Source: Propionibacterium sp.
GTDB taxonomy: Bacteria; Actinomycetota; Actinomycetes; Propionibacteriales; Propionibacteriaceae
Direction of reading: 5' to 3'
NCBI GenBank assembly: GCA_012838755.1
Contig: DUOQ01000286.1
Span: 1 to 59,543, forward strand
DNA length: 59,543 nucleotides
The position numbers and the translations under genes were made by a program. Within the stretch, counting starts at the first letter, position 1, and each line of letters starts with the position of its first letter. The notes under the pieces were generated by a model. That model did no database searches. It had not been told where the DNA came from and saw nothing but the letters and a program-made list of their open reading frames with translations. Below, piece by piece: positions 48,363-57,953 of this stretch.

Positions 48363-50056
48363 TGGCACGCGCACGTCGCAAGGGGACGAAGAACAAGCAG
48401 CAGGCACCGCAGTCGGTCGCGCCCGACCCCGTGGTGGTCCCGAGCGACCCCTACGAGGAGTTCGCCGACCGGGAGTGGGACTTCGCCTGGCTCCCCGACG
48501 ACGAGCCCGAGGTCGTCGACGAGCGGGCCCTGCACGCGATGGCGAAGTCGTGGCGCCACGGCCGGGCCACGCGCTCGTTCCTCGACGTCTTCCAGGACGC
48601 CTACATCGCGCTCTTCAGCGTGCTGATGATCGGCGCGATGATCGTGAACGTCATCATCGGCAGCCAGACCCAGTCGGCGACCTGCGACACCGCCGCCTGC
48701 CTCAACGGGCGCCTGCTCGTCCCGTGGGGCGTGTTCTTCGCCGTCTCGGCGCTCACGGTGTCGACCGCCCGGCTCTTCGGACCGGTGCTCGCCTCGGCCG
48801 CCGAGGGTTTCTGGCTGATGGAGGCCCCCATCGGGCGCAAGCGGATCCTGCGCGGGCGCCTGTGGGCCGTCGTGGCCGGGGCGCTCGTCGTGGCGGCCGC
48901 CGTGGCCGCCGGGGTGGCCGGCATCGCGGGGGAACCCCCGGTCGTCATCGTGGCCTGGGTCGTGGCGTCCGGCCTCGTGGCGTCCGGGCTGGTGGCCTGG
49001 TCTGCGTGGGAGCAGTCGATTGAGCGCGTTCGGTTGCTGCGCGTCGTGCAGGCCGTGCTGGCGGCGCTCGCCGCGCTGGTGCTCGGCACGATGGTGGCCG
49101 TGGCCGCGGGCTGGGTGCGCATCGACCCGCCGGCGTGGCTGGGCGTCGTCCCATGGGGCCTCGCTGCCGTCGGCCTCGTCATGACGATCGTGTTCACCCT
49201 CGGCGCACACCGGCGCCTGGACCAGTTCGCCCGCACCCGCCTCACCTCGGGTGGCTCGCTCGTGTCGGGCCTGCAGGGTGCGATGTTCGGCCTCGACCTG
49301 GGGTTGGCCCGCGACATCCTCGTCGACCGCGAGGCGATCGAGCGCGGCCACGTCAAGCCGACGCCGGGGCGGGGACTGGGCACCTCGGCCCTCGTCTGGC
49401 GCGACCTCCAGCGGCTGCGCCGCTTCCCCCGGCCGCTGCTCGGGCTGGCCGGCGCGGTCCTGGCCCCCTACGCCTCGGACGCCGTCGGCCTCACCCTGCT
49501 CACCCCGTTCCTGTCGGCGGTCGCGCTGATGTTCGCGCTGGTGCCGACCCTGGGGGCCCTGCGCGTGCTGTCGCGGTCCACGGGGCTGGCGCGTACCCTG
49601 CCGTTCACCACCGCGCAACTGCGCACGGCGAGCTTCACCGTGCCGGCGATCCTGGCTGCCGTGTGGGCCGTGGCCACCCTCCCCGCGTTCACGGGGATCA
49701 CCGGCGGCCTGGAGCGCCACCCCGTCGTGGCGCTGGCCGTGGCCGTCGCCTGTGGCCTGGGCGGGTTGCTCGGGGCCATCCGGTGGCAGACCGCCAAGCC
49801 GGTGAACTTCGCCGTCCCCATGATGGCGACCACCGCCGGCGCGGTGCCGCCGACCCTGATCTTCAACCTGATGCGCGGCTTCGACGTCGCCGCCCTCGTG
49901 ACCGCGCCGATCCTGCTCAACGTCGACCCCATCTGGTCCCTCGGCATCGGGGTCGTCCTGCTGCTCATCCTGCGGACGGGCTTCAACATGGAGGAGATGT
50001 CCGAGCAGGCCAAGGAACAGCAGAAACTCCTCGAGGCCGAGAAGGCCCGCCGCTGA
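48362..50056 (+). CDS. Multi-TM ABC exporter permease (DUF6297-like)
   Basis: About 12 hydrophobic segments; coupled to the ATPase. Confidence 0.75.
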   Translation: MARARRKGTKNKQQAPQSVAPDPVVVPSDPYEEFADREWDFAWLPDDEPEVVDERALHAMAKSWRHGRATRSFLDVFQDAYIALFSVLMIGAMIVNVIIGSQTQSATCDTAACLNGRLLVPWGVFFAVSALTVSTARLFGPVLASAAEGFWLMEAPIGRKRILRGRLWAVVAGALVVAAAVAAGVAGIAGEPPVVIVAWVVASGLVASGLVAWSAWEQSIERVRLLRVVQAVLAALAALVLGTMVAVAAGWVRIDPPAWLGVVPWGLAAVGLVMTIVFTLGAHRRLDQFARTRLTSGGSLVSGLQGAMFGLDLGLARDILVDREAIERGHVKPTPGRGLGTSALVWRDLQRLRRFPRPLLGLAGAVLAPYASDAVGLTLLTPFLSAVALMFALVPTLGALRVLSRSTGLARTLPFTTAQLRTASFTVPAILAAVWAVATLPAFTGITGGLERHPVVALAVAVACGLGGLLGAIRWQTAKPVNFAVPMMATTAGAVPPTLIFNLMRGFDVAALVTAPILLNVDPIWSLGIGVVLLLILRTGFNMEEMSEQAKEQQKLLEAEKARR

Positions 50057-50063
50057 CGGAGCC

Positions 50064-50115
50064 GGCTGGGCTGATCCGGGCTGGCCTGATCCGGGCTGGG
50101 CTGATCCGGGCTGGG
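50064..50115. repeat. Tandem repeat, ~3.5 x 15 bp GGCTGGGCTGATCCG
   Basis: Units start at 50064, 50079, 50094 and 50109 (partial). Confidence 0.9.
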
Positions 50116-50229
50116 GGCGCGACACTCACCGATGTCACTCGGGAGACGCGTGAGGAAGCCGCTCAGATGTGACTAACCCGCGTGTCGGGGCGGGCGAGGC
50201 CGCGAAGCCCAGCAGATCCGCCAGCGACG

Positions 50230-50266
50230 TGTGGACAACGGTCAGCGCCGGCGCGGGTTGTCCACA
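50230..50266. promoter_or_regulatory. Two inverted DnaA-box sequences TGTGGACAA (50230-50238) and TTGTCCACA (50258-50266)
   Basis: Exact match to the high-GC actinobacterial DnaA box TTGTCCACA. Confidence 0.6.
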
Positions 50267-50317
50267 GGTGGTGATCCGGGTGACCGGAATCGAGGACACG
50301 TGCCGACAACTCAGGGC

Positions 50318-51226
50318 ATGGAAGAAGTTCTCGATCTGGCCCACCGACAGGGGTACGTGACCACGGCCCAAGCGGCCAACCTCGGCGTCGGGCGCATGTC
50401 CCTGCACCGTCTCGTGGGCGCGGGGGTGTTCCTCCACACCGCGCAGGGCGTCTACGTCCCGCGCGACGACAGCACCCGCGAGGGACGCCACGCGGCGGTC
50501 ACGCGCGCGATCCTCGATGCCGACCCGTGGTCGGTCGCGAGCCACCACTCGGCCTTGGTCCTGCACGGCATCAACCTGTACGGCGTCCCGTTCGACCAAG
50601 TCCAGGTCGCCGATCCGCGGTGCAGCAGTCGCAGCCACCGATCGCTGCACCGCCACGTCCTGCGCGATGGCGACCCCGTCGTCACGATCGGCGAGCACAG
50701 GGCCATCGGCCTCCCCCTGGCCCTGTGCCAGACGGCGAGCCGGTGGGGCATGGTGGCCGGCCTCGTCTCCATGGACCACGCGCTCCGCTTGGGCGAGGTG
50801 GCCAAGGATGACCTCCAGTCCGTGATCGACTCCGGACGCCTCAGGCGCGGCATCCGAGCCGCCCGGCGGGCCGCGGCCCTGGCGGACGGACGGGCCGAGT
50901 CGCCGGGGGAGTCGCGCCTGCGTGCCATCGTCCACGGTGGGTCCTTCGACTACGACCTCCAGGCGAACGTGGGTGGACCGGGCTCGGGATACGTCGCAGA
51001 CCTCCTCATCGATGGACGCGTCGTGCTCGAGTTCGACGGCGAGTTGAAGTACGACGGGCCGGAGGGCAGGAAGGCCATCGTCGCCGAGAAGCGTCGTGAG
51101 GACTGGATTCGGTCCCGGGGATACGGATTCATGCGCGTCATGTGGCCCGAACTCGACTACCCGGCCACGGTCCAGCGCGTGCTCCACGGGCACGTGCTGG
51201 CCACGCGTGCAGCTCGTGCCGCCTGA
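50318..51226 (+). CDS. AbiEi-like wHTH + Vsr/DUF559-like PD-(D/E)XK nuclease domain protein
   Basis: QGYVTTAQA..G..GVY N-terminus; ASH.SA; AESPGESRLR; ADL..VVLEFDG..KY; EKRRED. Confidence 0.8.
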   Translation: MEEVLDLAHRQGYVTTAQAANLGVGRMSLHRLVGAGVFLHTAQGVYVPRDDSTREGRHAAVTRAILDADPWSVASHHSALVLHGINLYGVPFDQVQVADPRCSSRSHRSLHRHVLRDGDPVVTIGEHRAIGLPLALCQTASRWGMVAGLVSMDHALRLGEVAKDDLQSVIDSGRLRRGIRAARRAAALADGRAESPGESRLRAIVHGGSFDYDLQANVGGPGSGYVADLLIDGRVVLEFDGELKYDGPEGRKAIVAEKRREDWIRSRGYGFMRVMWPELDYPATVQRVLHGHVLATRAARAA

Positions 51227-51561
51227 CGTGGTGACGACTCCGGCCTGACGTTGGTCGGGGCTGGGTGCCCCACGCGCACCCACCCCCAGCCTCCCGACAC
51301 GCGGGTTCGTCACATCTGAGTGGCTTCCTCACGCGCGTCTGGCGTGACATCGGTGAGTGTCGGCGCGGCCCGACCGCGCACCATCCCCCAGAGGTTGCCC
51401 CGAGTATTTCCGCAACTCCTCCCTTGCCAATATGGGATCCTGGATGAGCGCCTGACTAGGGTGAATGTGGGGGCGGGCGCAAAATGGCGCTTGTCTGATG
51501 AGTTCCCTAGACTGGCCCGGAGTTGGGCGCCGCGTGGTGCCCGCAGGAGGGGTGTGATTCG

Positions 51562-52848
51562 ATGACCGAGCAGCGCGCGGCGCAGTCGGTGGTCGAATCC
51601 GACGTCATCGTCGTGGGCGCCGGCCCGGGCGGCTCGACGGCCGCCAAGTGGCTGGCCGACCGGGGCCTGACGGTCACCCTCCTGGAGAAGTCCACCTTCC
51701 CCCGCGACAAGGTCTGTGGCGACGGCCTGACCCCGCGCGCGACCAAGCAGCTCGTGCGCCTGGGCGTCGACGTCTCCGAGGAGGCGGGCTGGGTGCACAA
51801 CCACGGCCTGCGCACCTACGCCGGCCACCCCGAGCCCTTCGAGTTCCGTTGGCCCGAGCTGGCCGAGTTCCCCAGCTACGGCCTCACCCGCCGCCGCGGT
51901 GACTTCGACGAGATGCTGGCACGCCTGGCCGTGGACGCCGGGGCCAACCTGATCGAGGGCGCCAACGTCTCCGACCCCGTGATCGACCCGAACAGCGACC
52001 GCATCGTCGGCGTCCGCACCAAGGACGGCACCGAGTACCGCGCGCCCGTCACCATCGCCGCCGACGGCAACTCCAGCCGCCTGGCGCTCGCGATGGGGCT
52101 GGAGAAGAACCGCCAGCGTCCCATGGGGGTCGCTGCCCGCGCGTACTTCCGCAGCGAGGCGCGCACGCACGACGACATGATGGAGAGCCACCTCGAGTTG
52201 TGGGACGGCAAGCCCGGCGAGTCGAACCTCCTGCCCGGCTACGCGTGGCTGTTCGCCCTGGGTGACGGCACGGTCAACTTCGGCCTCGGCACCGTCAGCA
52301 GCACCGCGGCGTCGGCCAAGATGAACTTCCGCGACCTGATGTGGAAGGTCGTGGCGAACTTCCCGGCCGAGTGGGGCCTGACCCAGGAGAACATGGTCGG
52401 CACGATCGGCTCGGCCGCACTCCCGATGAGCTTCAACCGCAAGCCCGCCTACCACCGGGGCCTCGTCCTGGTGGGGGACTCCGCGGGCATGGTCAGCCCC
52501 TTCAACGGCGAGGGCATCCCCTACGCGATGGAGGCCGCCGACTTCGCGGCCGACGCGATCGCGGACGCCCGCAGCCGCGGCTTCGGCACCCCCGGGGCGG
52601 AGAAGGCGCTGCACGGCTACCGCACGCGGCTGGAGGCGGAATGGGGCGGTTATTACCGCCTCGGACAAGTATTCGTGTCCCTCATCGAGCGTCCTGAGAT
52701 CATGCGCCTCTGCACGCGATACGGTTTGCCCAGGCCGACCTTGATGAAGTTCACGATGAAGCTGCTGGCCCATCTGTACGACACCAAGGACGGTGACTGG
52801 ATGGACAGGACCATCACGTCGTTGACGAAGGTGGTGCCGTCGGCATGA
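51562..52848 (+). CDS. menJ: Geranylgeranyl reductase family, menaquinone reductase
   Basis: VVGAGPGG, FPRDKVCGDGLTP, AADG, GD.AGMVSPFNGEGI; near menG and directly upstream of nuoA. Confidence 0.85.
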   Translation: MTEQRAAQSVVESDVIVVGAGPGGSTAAKWLADRGLTVTLLEKSTFPRDKVCGDGLTPRATKQLVRLGVDVSEEAGWVHNHGLRTYAGHPEPFEFRWPELAEFPSYGLTRRRGDFDEMLARLAVDAGANLIEGANVSDPVIDPNSDRIVGVRTKDGTEYRAPVTIAADGNSSRLALAMGLEKNRQRPMGVAARAYFRSEARTHDDMMESHLELWDGKPGESNLLPGYAWLFALGDGTVNFGLGTVSSTAASAKMNFRDLMWKVVANFPAEWGLTQENMVGTIGSAALPMSFNRKPAYHRGLVLVGDSAGMVSPFNGEGIPYAMEAADFAADAIADARSRGFGTPGAEKALHGYRTRLEAEWGGYYRLGQVFVSLIERPEIMRLCTRYGLPRPTLMKFTMKLLAHLYDTKDGDWMDRTITSLTKVVPSA

Positions 52849-52873
52849 CGTACAACCAGAAGGGAAGGGTGCG

Positions 52874-53233
52874 ATGAGCCCCTACATTCCGATCCTCGGG
52901 GTGCTGTTCTTCTCGGCAGCCCTGCTGGGGGTCATGGTCCTCGCCTCTTTGTTCATCGGGCCCAAGCGGTACAACCGGGCCAAGTACATGCCGTACGAGT
53001 GCGGCATCGACCCGACGCCCCGTGCGGCGGGGGGCGGGCGGTTCCCGGTGAAGTTCTACATCACCGCCATGATGTTCCTCGTCTTCGATGTCGAGATCGC
53101 GTTCCTGTACCCCTGGGTTGTCGCGTTCGACCAGCTGAGCATGTTCGTCGTGCTCGCCATGATCGTCTTCCTCCTGCTGCTGTGCATCGCGTACTACTAC
53201 GAGTACAAGCGCGGCGGCATGGAGTGGGACTGA
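52874..53233 (+). CDS. nuoA: NADH-quinone oxidoreductase subunit A
   Basis: YECG, FDVEIAFLYPW. Confidence 0.96.
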   Translation: MSPYIPILGVLFFSAALLGVMVLASLFIGPKRYNRAKYMPYECGIDPTPRAAGGGRFPVKFYITAMMFLVFDVEIAFLYPWVVAFDQLSMFVVLAMIVFLLLLCIAYYYEYKRGGMEWD

Positions 53234-53256
53234 GCCGGTAGAAAGGAAGTCCAGGC

Positions 53257-53814
53257 ATGGGTATCGAGGACGCACTGCCCGAGGAGGGCATCCTCACCAC
53301 CACCGTCGAAGCCGTTGCCGGCTGGATGCGTCGCACGTCGTTCTGGCCGGCCACGTTCGGCATCGCGTGCTGCGCGATCGAGATGATGGCCTTCGGCACG
53401 CCGCGCTTCGACGCCGGCCGCTGGGGCCAGGAGGTCTTCCGCGCGTCGCCGCGCCAGGCCGACCTGATGATCATCTCCGGTCGCGTGAGCCAGAAGTTCG
53501 CCCCGGTCATGCGCCAGGTGTACGACCAGATGCCGAACCCCAAGTGGGTCATGGCGATGGGCGTGTGCGCCAGCTCGGGCGGCATGTTCAACAACTACGC
53601 GATCGTGCAGGGCGGTGACCACATCGTCCCGGTCGACATCTACGTCCCCGGTTGCCCGCCGCGCCCCGACATGCTGATCGACGGCATGTTCAAGCTGCGC
53701 GAGATCGTGCTGAAGGACCCGATGGGGGCCCACCGCGCCAAGGTGCTCGAGGACCTCGAGCAGCTGGCCCTGATCGCGACGCCCACCCTCGAGCAGAAGG
53801 GCCTCATGCGATGA
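53257..53814 (+). CDS. nuoB: NADH-quinone oxidoreductase subunit B
   Basis: ACCAIEM, SPRQAD, PGCPPRP. Confidence 0.97.
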   Translation: MGIEDALPEEGILTTTVEAVAGWMRRTSFWPATFGIACCAIEMMAFGTPRFDAGRWGQEVFRASPRQADLMIISGRVSQKFAPVMRQVYDQMPNPKWVMAMGVCASSGGMFNNYAIVQGGDHIVPVDIYVPGCPPRPDMLIDGMFKLREIVLKDPMGAHRAKVLEDLEQLALIATPTLEQKGLMR

Positions 53815-54548
53815 GCGACGAGAAGCTCCCCGGCGAGGAGAAGACCATCGACGTCCCGGTCGAGGGCCAGGATTCCGCCCCCTCGGCCGGCCTCGAGCGC
53901 GAGGACACCCAGCCCAGCCCGCCGGTCACCCGCACGGGCATGTGGTCGGACGGCTCGCCCGACACCTCCGGCTACGGCGGCATCGTCCGCCAGTACCTGC
54001 CGAAGCAGTCGTCGGTGCGTCCCCTCGAGGACGCCCAGGAGCGGGTCGTCTCCCGGCTCGAGCAGCTGGTCGACGGCGCCTTCAGCAGCGTCCTGTTCGA
54101 CCGCGGCGAGCTCACGATCTTCGTGCCGCGCGAGAAGCTGCTCGAGGTCGTGTCCGCGCTGCGCGACGACGCCCACCTGCGCTACGAGGGCTTCATGGGC
54201 GTCAACGGCGTCCACTACCCCAGCGATGCGGGCGCCGAGCTCCACGCCGTGTACGCGCTGCAGTCGTTCACCCACAACCGACGCCTGCGCGTCGAGGTGA
54301 CCTGCCCGGACGCCGACCCCCACATCCCGTCCGTGTGCGCGACCTACCCGGCCGCCGACTGGCACGAGCGCGAGACCTGGGACATGTTCGGGATCATCTT
54401 CGACGACCACCCGTCGCTCACACGCATCCTCATGCCGGACGACTGGGTCGGCCACCCGCAGCGCAAGGACTACCCGCTCGGCGGGATTCCTGTCGAGTAC
54501 AAGGGCGCGGTCGTGCCGCCCCCGGACCAGCGGAGGAACTACCGATGA
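53811..54548 (+). CDS. nuoC: NADH-quinone oxidoreductase subunit C
   Basis: [18 protein letters not shown]. Confidence 0.96.
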   Translation: MSDEKLPGEEKTIDVPVEGQDSAPSAGLEREDTQPSPPVTRTGMWSDGSPDTSGYGGIVRQYLPKQSSVRPLEDAQERVVSRLEQLVDGAFSSVLFDRGELTIFVPREKLLEVVSALRDDAHLRYEGFMGVNGVHYPSDAGAELHAVYALQSFTHNRRLRVEVTCPDADPHIPSVCATYPAADWHERETWDMFGIIFDDHPSLTRILMPDDWVGHPQRKDYPLGGIPVEYKGAVVPPPDQRRNYR

Positions 54549-55906
54549 CTGCATCGAGCACCGACTTCTACGCGCAGCCCGGCGAGGAGGCCACCGGCAC
54601 GGTCTACACGTCGATGGGCGGCGACTGGGCCGAGATCGCCCAGGAGCAGGCCGAGCGCGGGGATGAGACCCTCGTCATCAACATGGGCCCGCAGCACCCC
54701 TCGACCCACGGCGTCCTCCGCCTGATCCTGGAGTGCGACGGCGAGACCGTGACGAGCATCCGCCCGGGCATCGGCTTCCTGCACACGGGCATCGAGAAGA
54801 ACATGGAGTACCGCACGTTCACGCAGGGCACGACCTTCGTGACCCGCATGGACTACGTGGCCCCCTTCTTCAACGAGGTCGCCTACTGCCTGTCCGTCGA
54901 GCGCCTGCTCGGCATCGAGGACCAGATCCCCGAGCGCGCCAACGACATCCGCGTCCTGATGATGGAGCTGTGCCGTATCGCCAGCCACCTCATCGCGATC
55001 GGTACCGGTGGCATGGAGATCGGCGCCCTCACCGTCATGACGATCGGCTTCCGCGAGCGCGAGATGATCCTCGACTTCTTCGAGGCCGTCACCGGCCTGC
55101 GCATGAACCACGCCTACATCCGCCCGGGTGGTGTCGCGACCGACCTGCCCGAGAACGCGATGGAGCAGCTGCGCGAGGTCATCAAGTGGCTCGAGGACCA
55201 CCTCCCCGAGTACGCCGCGTTCTGCAACGAGAACCCGATCTTCAAGGGCCGCATGATCGGCGTGGGCCACATGGACCTCGCCGCGTGCATGGCGCTGGGC
55301 GTCACCGGCCCGATGCTCCGCTCCACCGGCTACGACTGGGACCTGCGCAAGAAGCAGCCCTACTGCGGCTACGAGAACTACGACTTCGAGTCGAAGTACT
55401 GGAAGCCGAGCGACGGCTGGGAGGGCTCCGAGTCCTACTCCCGGTTCCGCATCCGCCTGGATGAGATGTGGGAGTCGTTGCACATCGTCAAGCAGGCCGC
55501 CGACCGCCTCGAGGCGTCCGTGGGCGAGCCCACGATGGTCGCCGACAAGAAGATCGCGTGGCCGTCGCAGCTGGCCGTGGGTCCTGATGGCCAGGGCAAC
55601 AGCAACGAGCACATCAAGCACATCATGGGTGACTCCATGGAGGCGCTGATCCACCACTTCAAGATCGTGACCGAGGGCTTCCGCGTCCCGGCCGGCCAGG
55701 CGTACGTGCCGATCGAGTCGCCCAAGGGCGAGATCGGGTGCCACGTCGTCTCCGACGGTGGCACCCGCCCGTACCGCGCCCACATGCGCGACCCAGGGTT
55801 CCACCACCTGCAGACCGTCCCGATCCAGTGCGAGGGCGGCATGATCTCGGATGTCGTCGTCGCGGTCGGCTCGATCGACCCCGTCATGGGAGGTGTTGAC
55901 CGGTGA
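54545..55906 (+). CDS. nuoD: NADH-quinone oxidoreductase subunit D
   Basis: [27 protein letters not shown]. Confidence 0.97.
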   Translation: MTASSTDFYAQPGEEATGTVYTSMGGDWAEIAQEQAERGDETLVINMGPQHPSTHGVLRLILECDGETVTSIRPGIGFLHTGIEKNMEYRTFTQGTTFVTRMDYVAPFFNEVAYCLSVERLLGIEDQIPERANDIRVLMMELCRIASHLIAIGTGGMEIGALTVMTIGFREREMILDFFEAVTGLRMNHAYIRPGGVATDLPENAMEQLREVIKWLEDHLPEYAAFCNENPIFKGRMIGVGHMDLAACMALGVTGPMLRSTGYDWDLRKKQPYCGYENYDFESKYWKPSDGWEGSESYSRFRIRLDEMWESLHIVKQAADRLEASVGEPTMVADKKIAWPSQLAVGPDGQGNSNEHIKHIMGDSMEALIHHFKIVTEGFRVPAGQAYVPIESPKGEIGCHVVSDGGTRPYRAHMRDPGFHHLQTVPIQCEGGMISDVVVAVGSIDPVMGGVDR

Positions 55907-56637
55907 GCGGTCACGAGTTCCAGTCGTACTTCCCCGAGTCGGGGGGCGTCGACCTCACCGACCAGGGCACGAACATCACCGACGGGACCATCGAGGAGAT
56001 GCGCCAGCTCGCTGGGCGCTACCCCGAGTCCCGCTCGGCGCTGCTGCCGATGCTGCACCTGGTGCAGTCGGTGGACGGCCGCGTGTCCCCGCGGGGCATC
56101 GAGGCCTGCGCCGACGTGCTCGGCATCTCGGCCGCCCAGGTGTCCGGTGTCGCGACGTTCTACACGATGTACAAGCGGCGTCCGGCGGGTAAGCACCACG
56201 TCGGCGTCTGCACCACCGCGCTGTGCGCGGTCATGGGTGGGGACGCGCTGCTCGACCACGTCTCCGACAAGCTCGGCATCGCCGAGGGCGAGACGACGGC
56301 CGACGGCACGTTCAGCCTCGAGCGCCTCGAGTGCAACGCCGCCTGCGACTTCGCCCCGGTGATGATGGTCAACTGGGAGTTCATGGACAACATGGACCCC
56401 GACAAGGCCAACCAGTTGCTGGACGACCTGGCCGCGGGCAACCCCGTCCAGTCGTCCCGTGGCGCCACGATCACCAGTTGGAAGGAGGCCGAGCGTGTCA
56501 TCGCCGGCTTCCCCGACGGCCGTGCTGACGAGGGTCCCGCCGCCGGTGACGCCTCGCTCGTGGGCCTCAGGATCGCCAACGAGCGTGGTTGGACGGCCCC
56601 GGACGCCCCCGCAGCGAGCCAGGAGGAGGAGAAGTGA
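55903..56637 (+). CDS. nuoE: NADH-quinone oxidoreductase subunit E
   Basis: VATFY, CTTALC, ECNAACD.AP. Confidence 0.96.
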   Translation: MSGHEFQSYFPESGGVDLTDQGTNITDGTIEEMRQLAGRYPESRSALLPMLHLVQSVDGRVSPRGIEACADVLGISAAQVSGVATFYTMYKRRPAGKHHVGVCTTALCAVMGGDALLDHVSDKLGIAEGETTADGTFSLERLECNAACDFAPVMMVNWEFMDNMDPDKANQLLDDLAAGNPVQSSRGATITSWKEAERVIAGFPDGRADEGPAAGDASLVGLRIANERGWTAPDAPAASQEEEK

Positions 56638-57953
56638 CCGACACCCTGACCCCGGTGCTCTCGGCCAACTGGGCGGACGAGCGGGCCTGGAAGATCACCA
56701 ACTATGAGCGCCGCGGCGGCTACCAGGCGCTGCGCAAGGCGCTCAAGATGACCCCCGACGAGGTCATCAACGAGGTGAAGGACTCCGGGCTGCGCGGCCG
56801 AGGCGGCGCAGGCTTCCCGACCGGCATGAAGTGGAGCTTCGTGCCGCAGGACAACCCGAACCCGAAGTACCTCGTGGTCAACGCCGACGAGTCCGAGCCG
56901 GGCACGTGCAAGGACATCCCGCTGATGATGGCCAACCCGCACGTGCTGGTCGAGGGCATCATCATCAGCGCCTACGCGATCCGCTCGAAGTTCGCCTTCA
57001 TCTACATCCGCGGCGAGGTGCTCCACGTCATCCGCCGCCTGCAGCAGGCGGTCCGCGAGGCCTACTCCGCCGGCTACCTGGGCAAGAACATCCTGGGCAC
57101 CGGCCACGACCTCGACCTCGTCGTCCACGCCGGTGCGGGCGCCTACATCTGTGGTGAGGAGACCGCGCTGCTCGACTCGCTCGAGGGACGCCGCGGCCAG
57201 CCCCGCCTCCGCCCGCCGTTCCCGGCGGTCGCCGGCCTGTACGCCTCGCCGACGGTCGTCAACAACGTCGAGTCGATCGCCTCGGTCCCGGCCATCATCG
57301 ACAAGGGTGCGGGCTGGTTCCAGTCGATGGGCACCGAGAAGAGCAAGGGCCACGGCATCTTCTCCCTCTCGGGCCACGTCGCCAAGCCGGGCCAGTTCGA
57401 GGCACCGCTCGGCATCACCCTGCGGCAGCTCATCGACCTGGCCGGCGGCATGCGCGACGGCCACGAGCTGAAGTTCTTCACCCCGGGTGGGTCGTCGACG
57501 CAGATCCTGACCAGCGAGCACCTCGACATGCCCCTCGACTTCGAGTCGGTCATGTCGGCCGGCTCGCTGCTGGGCACACGCGCGCTGCAGATCTTCGACG
57601 AGACCACCTCGGTGGTCCGCACCACCCTGCGGTGGATCGAGTTCTACAAGCACGAGTCGTGCGGCAAGTGCACCCCGTGCCGTGAGGGCAACTGGTGGCT
57701 CGTCCAGATGCTCAAGAAGTTCGAGGCCGGGCAGGCCGAGGAGGGCGACATCGAGAAGATGCTCGACGTCTCCGAGAACATCGGCGGACGGTCGTTCTGC
57801 GCCCTGGCCGACGGTGCCGTCGCCTGCGTGCAGTCGGCCGTGAAGGAGTTCCGCTCCGAGTTCGAGGCCGGCTACCACACGCCCGCCTGGGAGCTGTTCC
57901 CCTACGCCAAGAGCGCCCTGTTCCCCGTCAAGACCGCTGGAGGCCACGCATGA
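56634..57953 (+). CDS. nuoF: NADH-quinone oxidoreductase subunit F
   Basis: [37 protein letters not shown]. Confidence 0.97.
   Translation: MTDTLTPVLSANWADERAWKITNYERRGGYQALRKALKMTPDEVINEVKDSGLRGRGGAGFPTGMKWSFVPQDNPNPKYLVVNADESEPGTCKDIPLMMANPHVLVEGIIISAYAIRSKFAFIYIRGEVLHVIRRLQQAVREAYSAGYLGKNILGTGHDLDLVVHAGAGAYICGEETALLDSLEGRRGQPRLRPPFPAVAGLYASPTVVNNVESIASVPAIIDKGAGWFQSMGTEKSKGHGIFSLSGHVAKPGQFEAPLGITLRQLIDLAGGMRDGHELKFFTPGGSSTQILTSEHLDMPLDFESVMSAGSLLGTRALQIFDETTSVVRTTLRWIEFYKHESCGKCTPCREGNWWLVQMLKKFEAGQAEEGDIEKMLDVSENIGGRSFCALADGAVACVQSAVKEFRSEFEAGYHTPAWELFPYAKSALFPVKTAGGHA

Larger units (their letters stand above)
50121..51361. mobile_element. Putative mobile cassette: 69-bp terminal inverted repeats (50121-50189 / 51293-51361, 62/69 identical) flanked by GGCGC direct repeats
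   Basis: Manual alignment of both ends; one gene inside; no DDE, HUH or recombinase gene. Confidence 0.6.
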
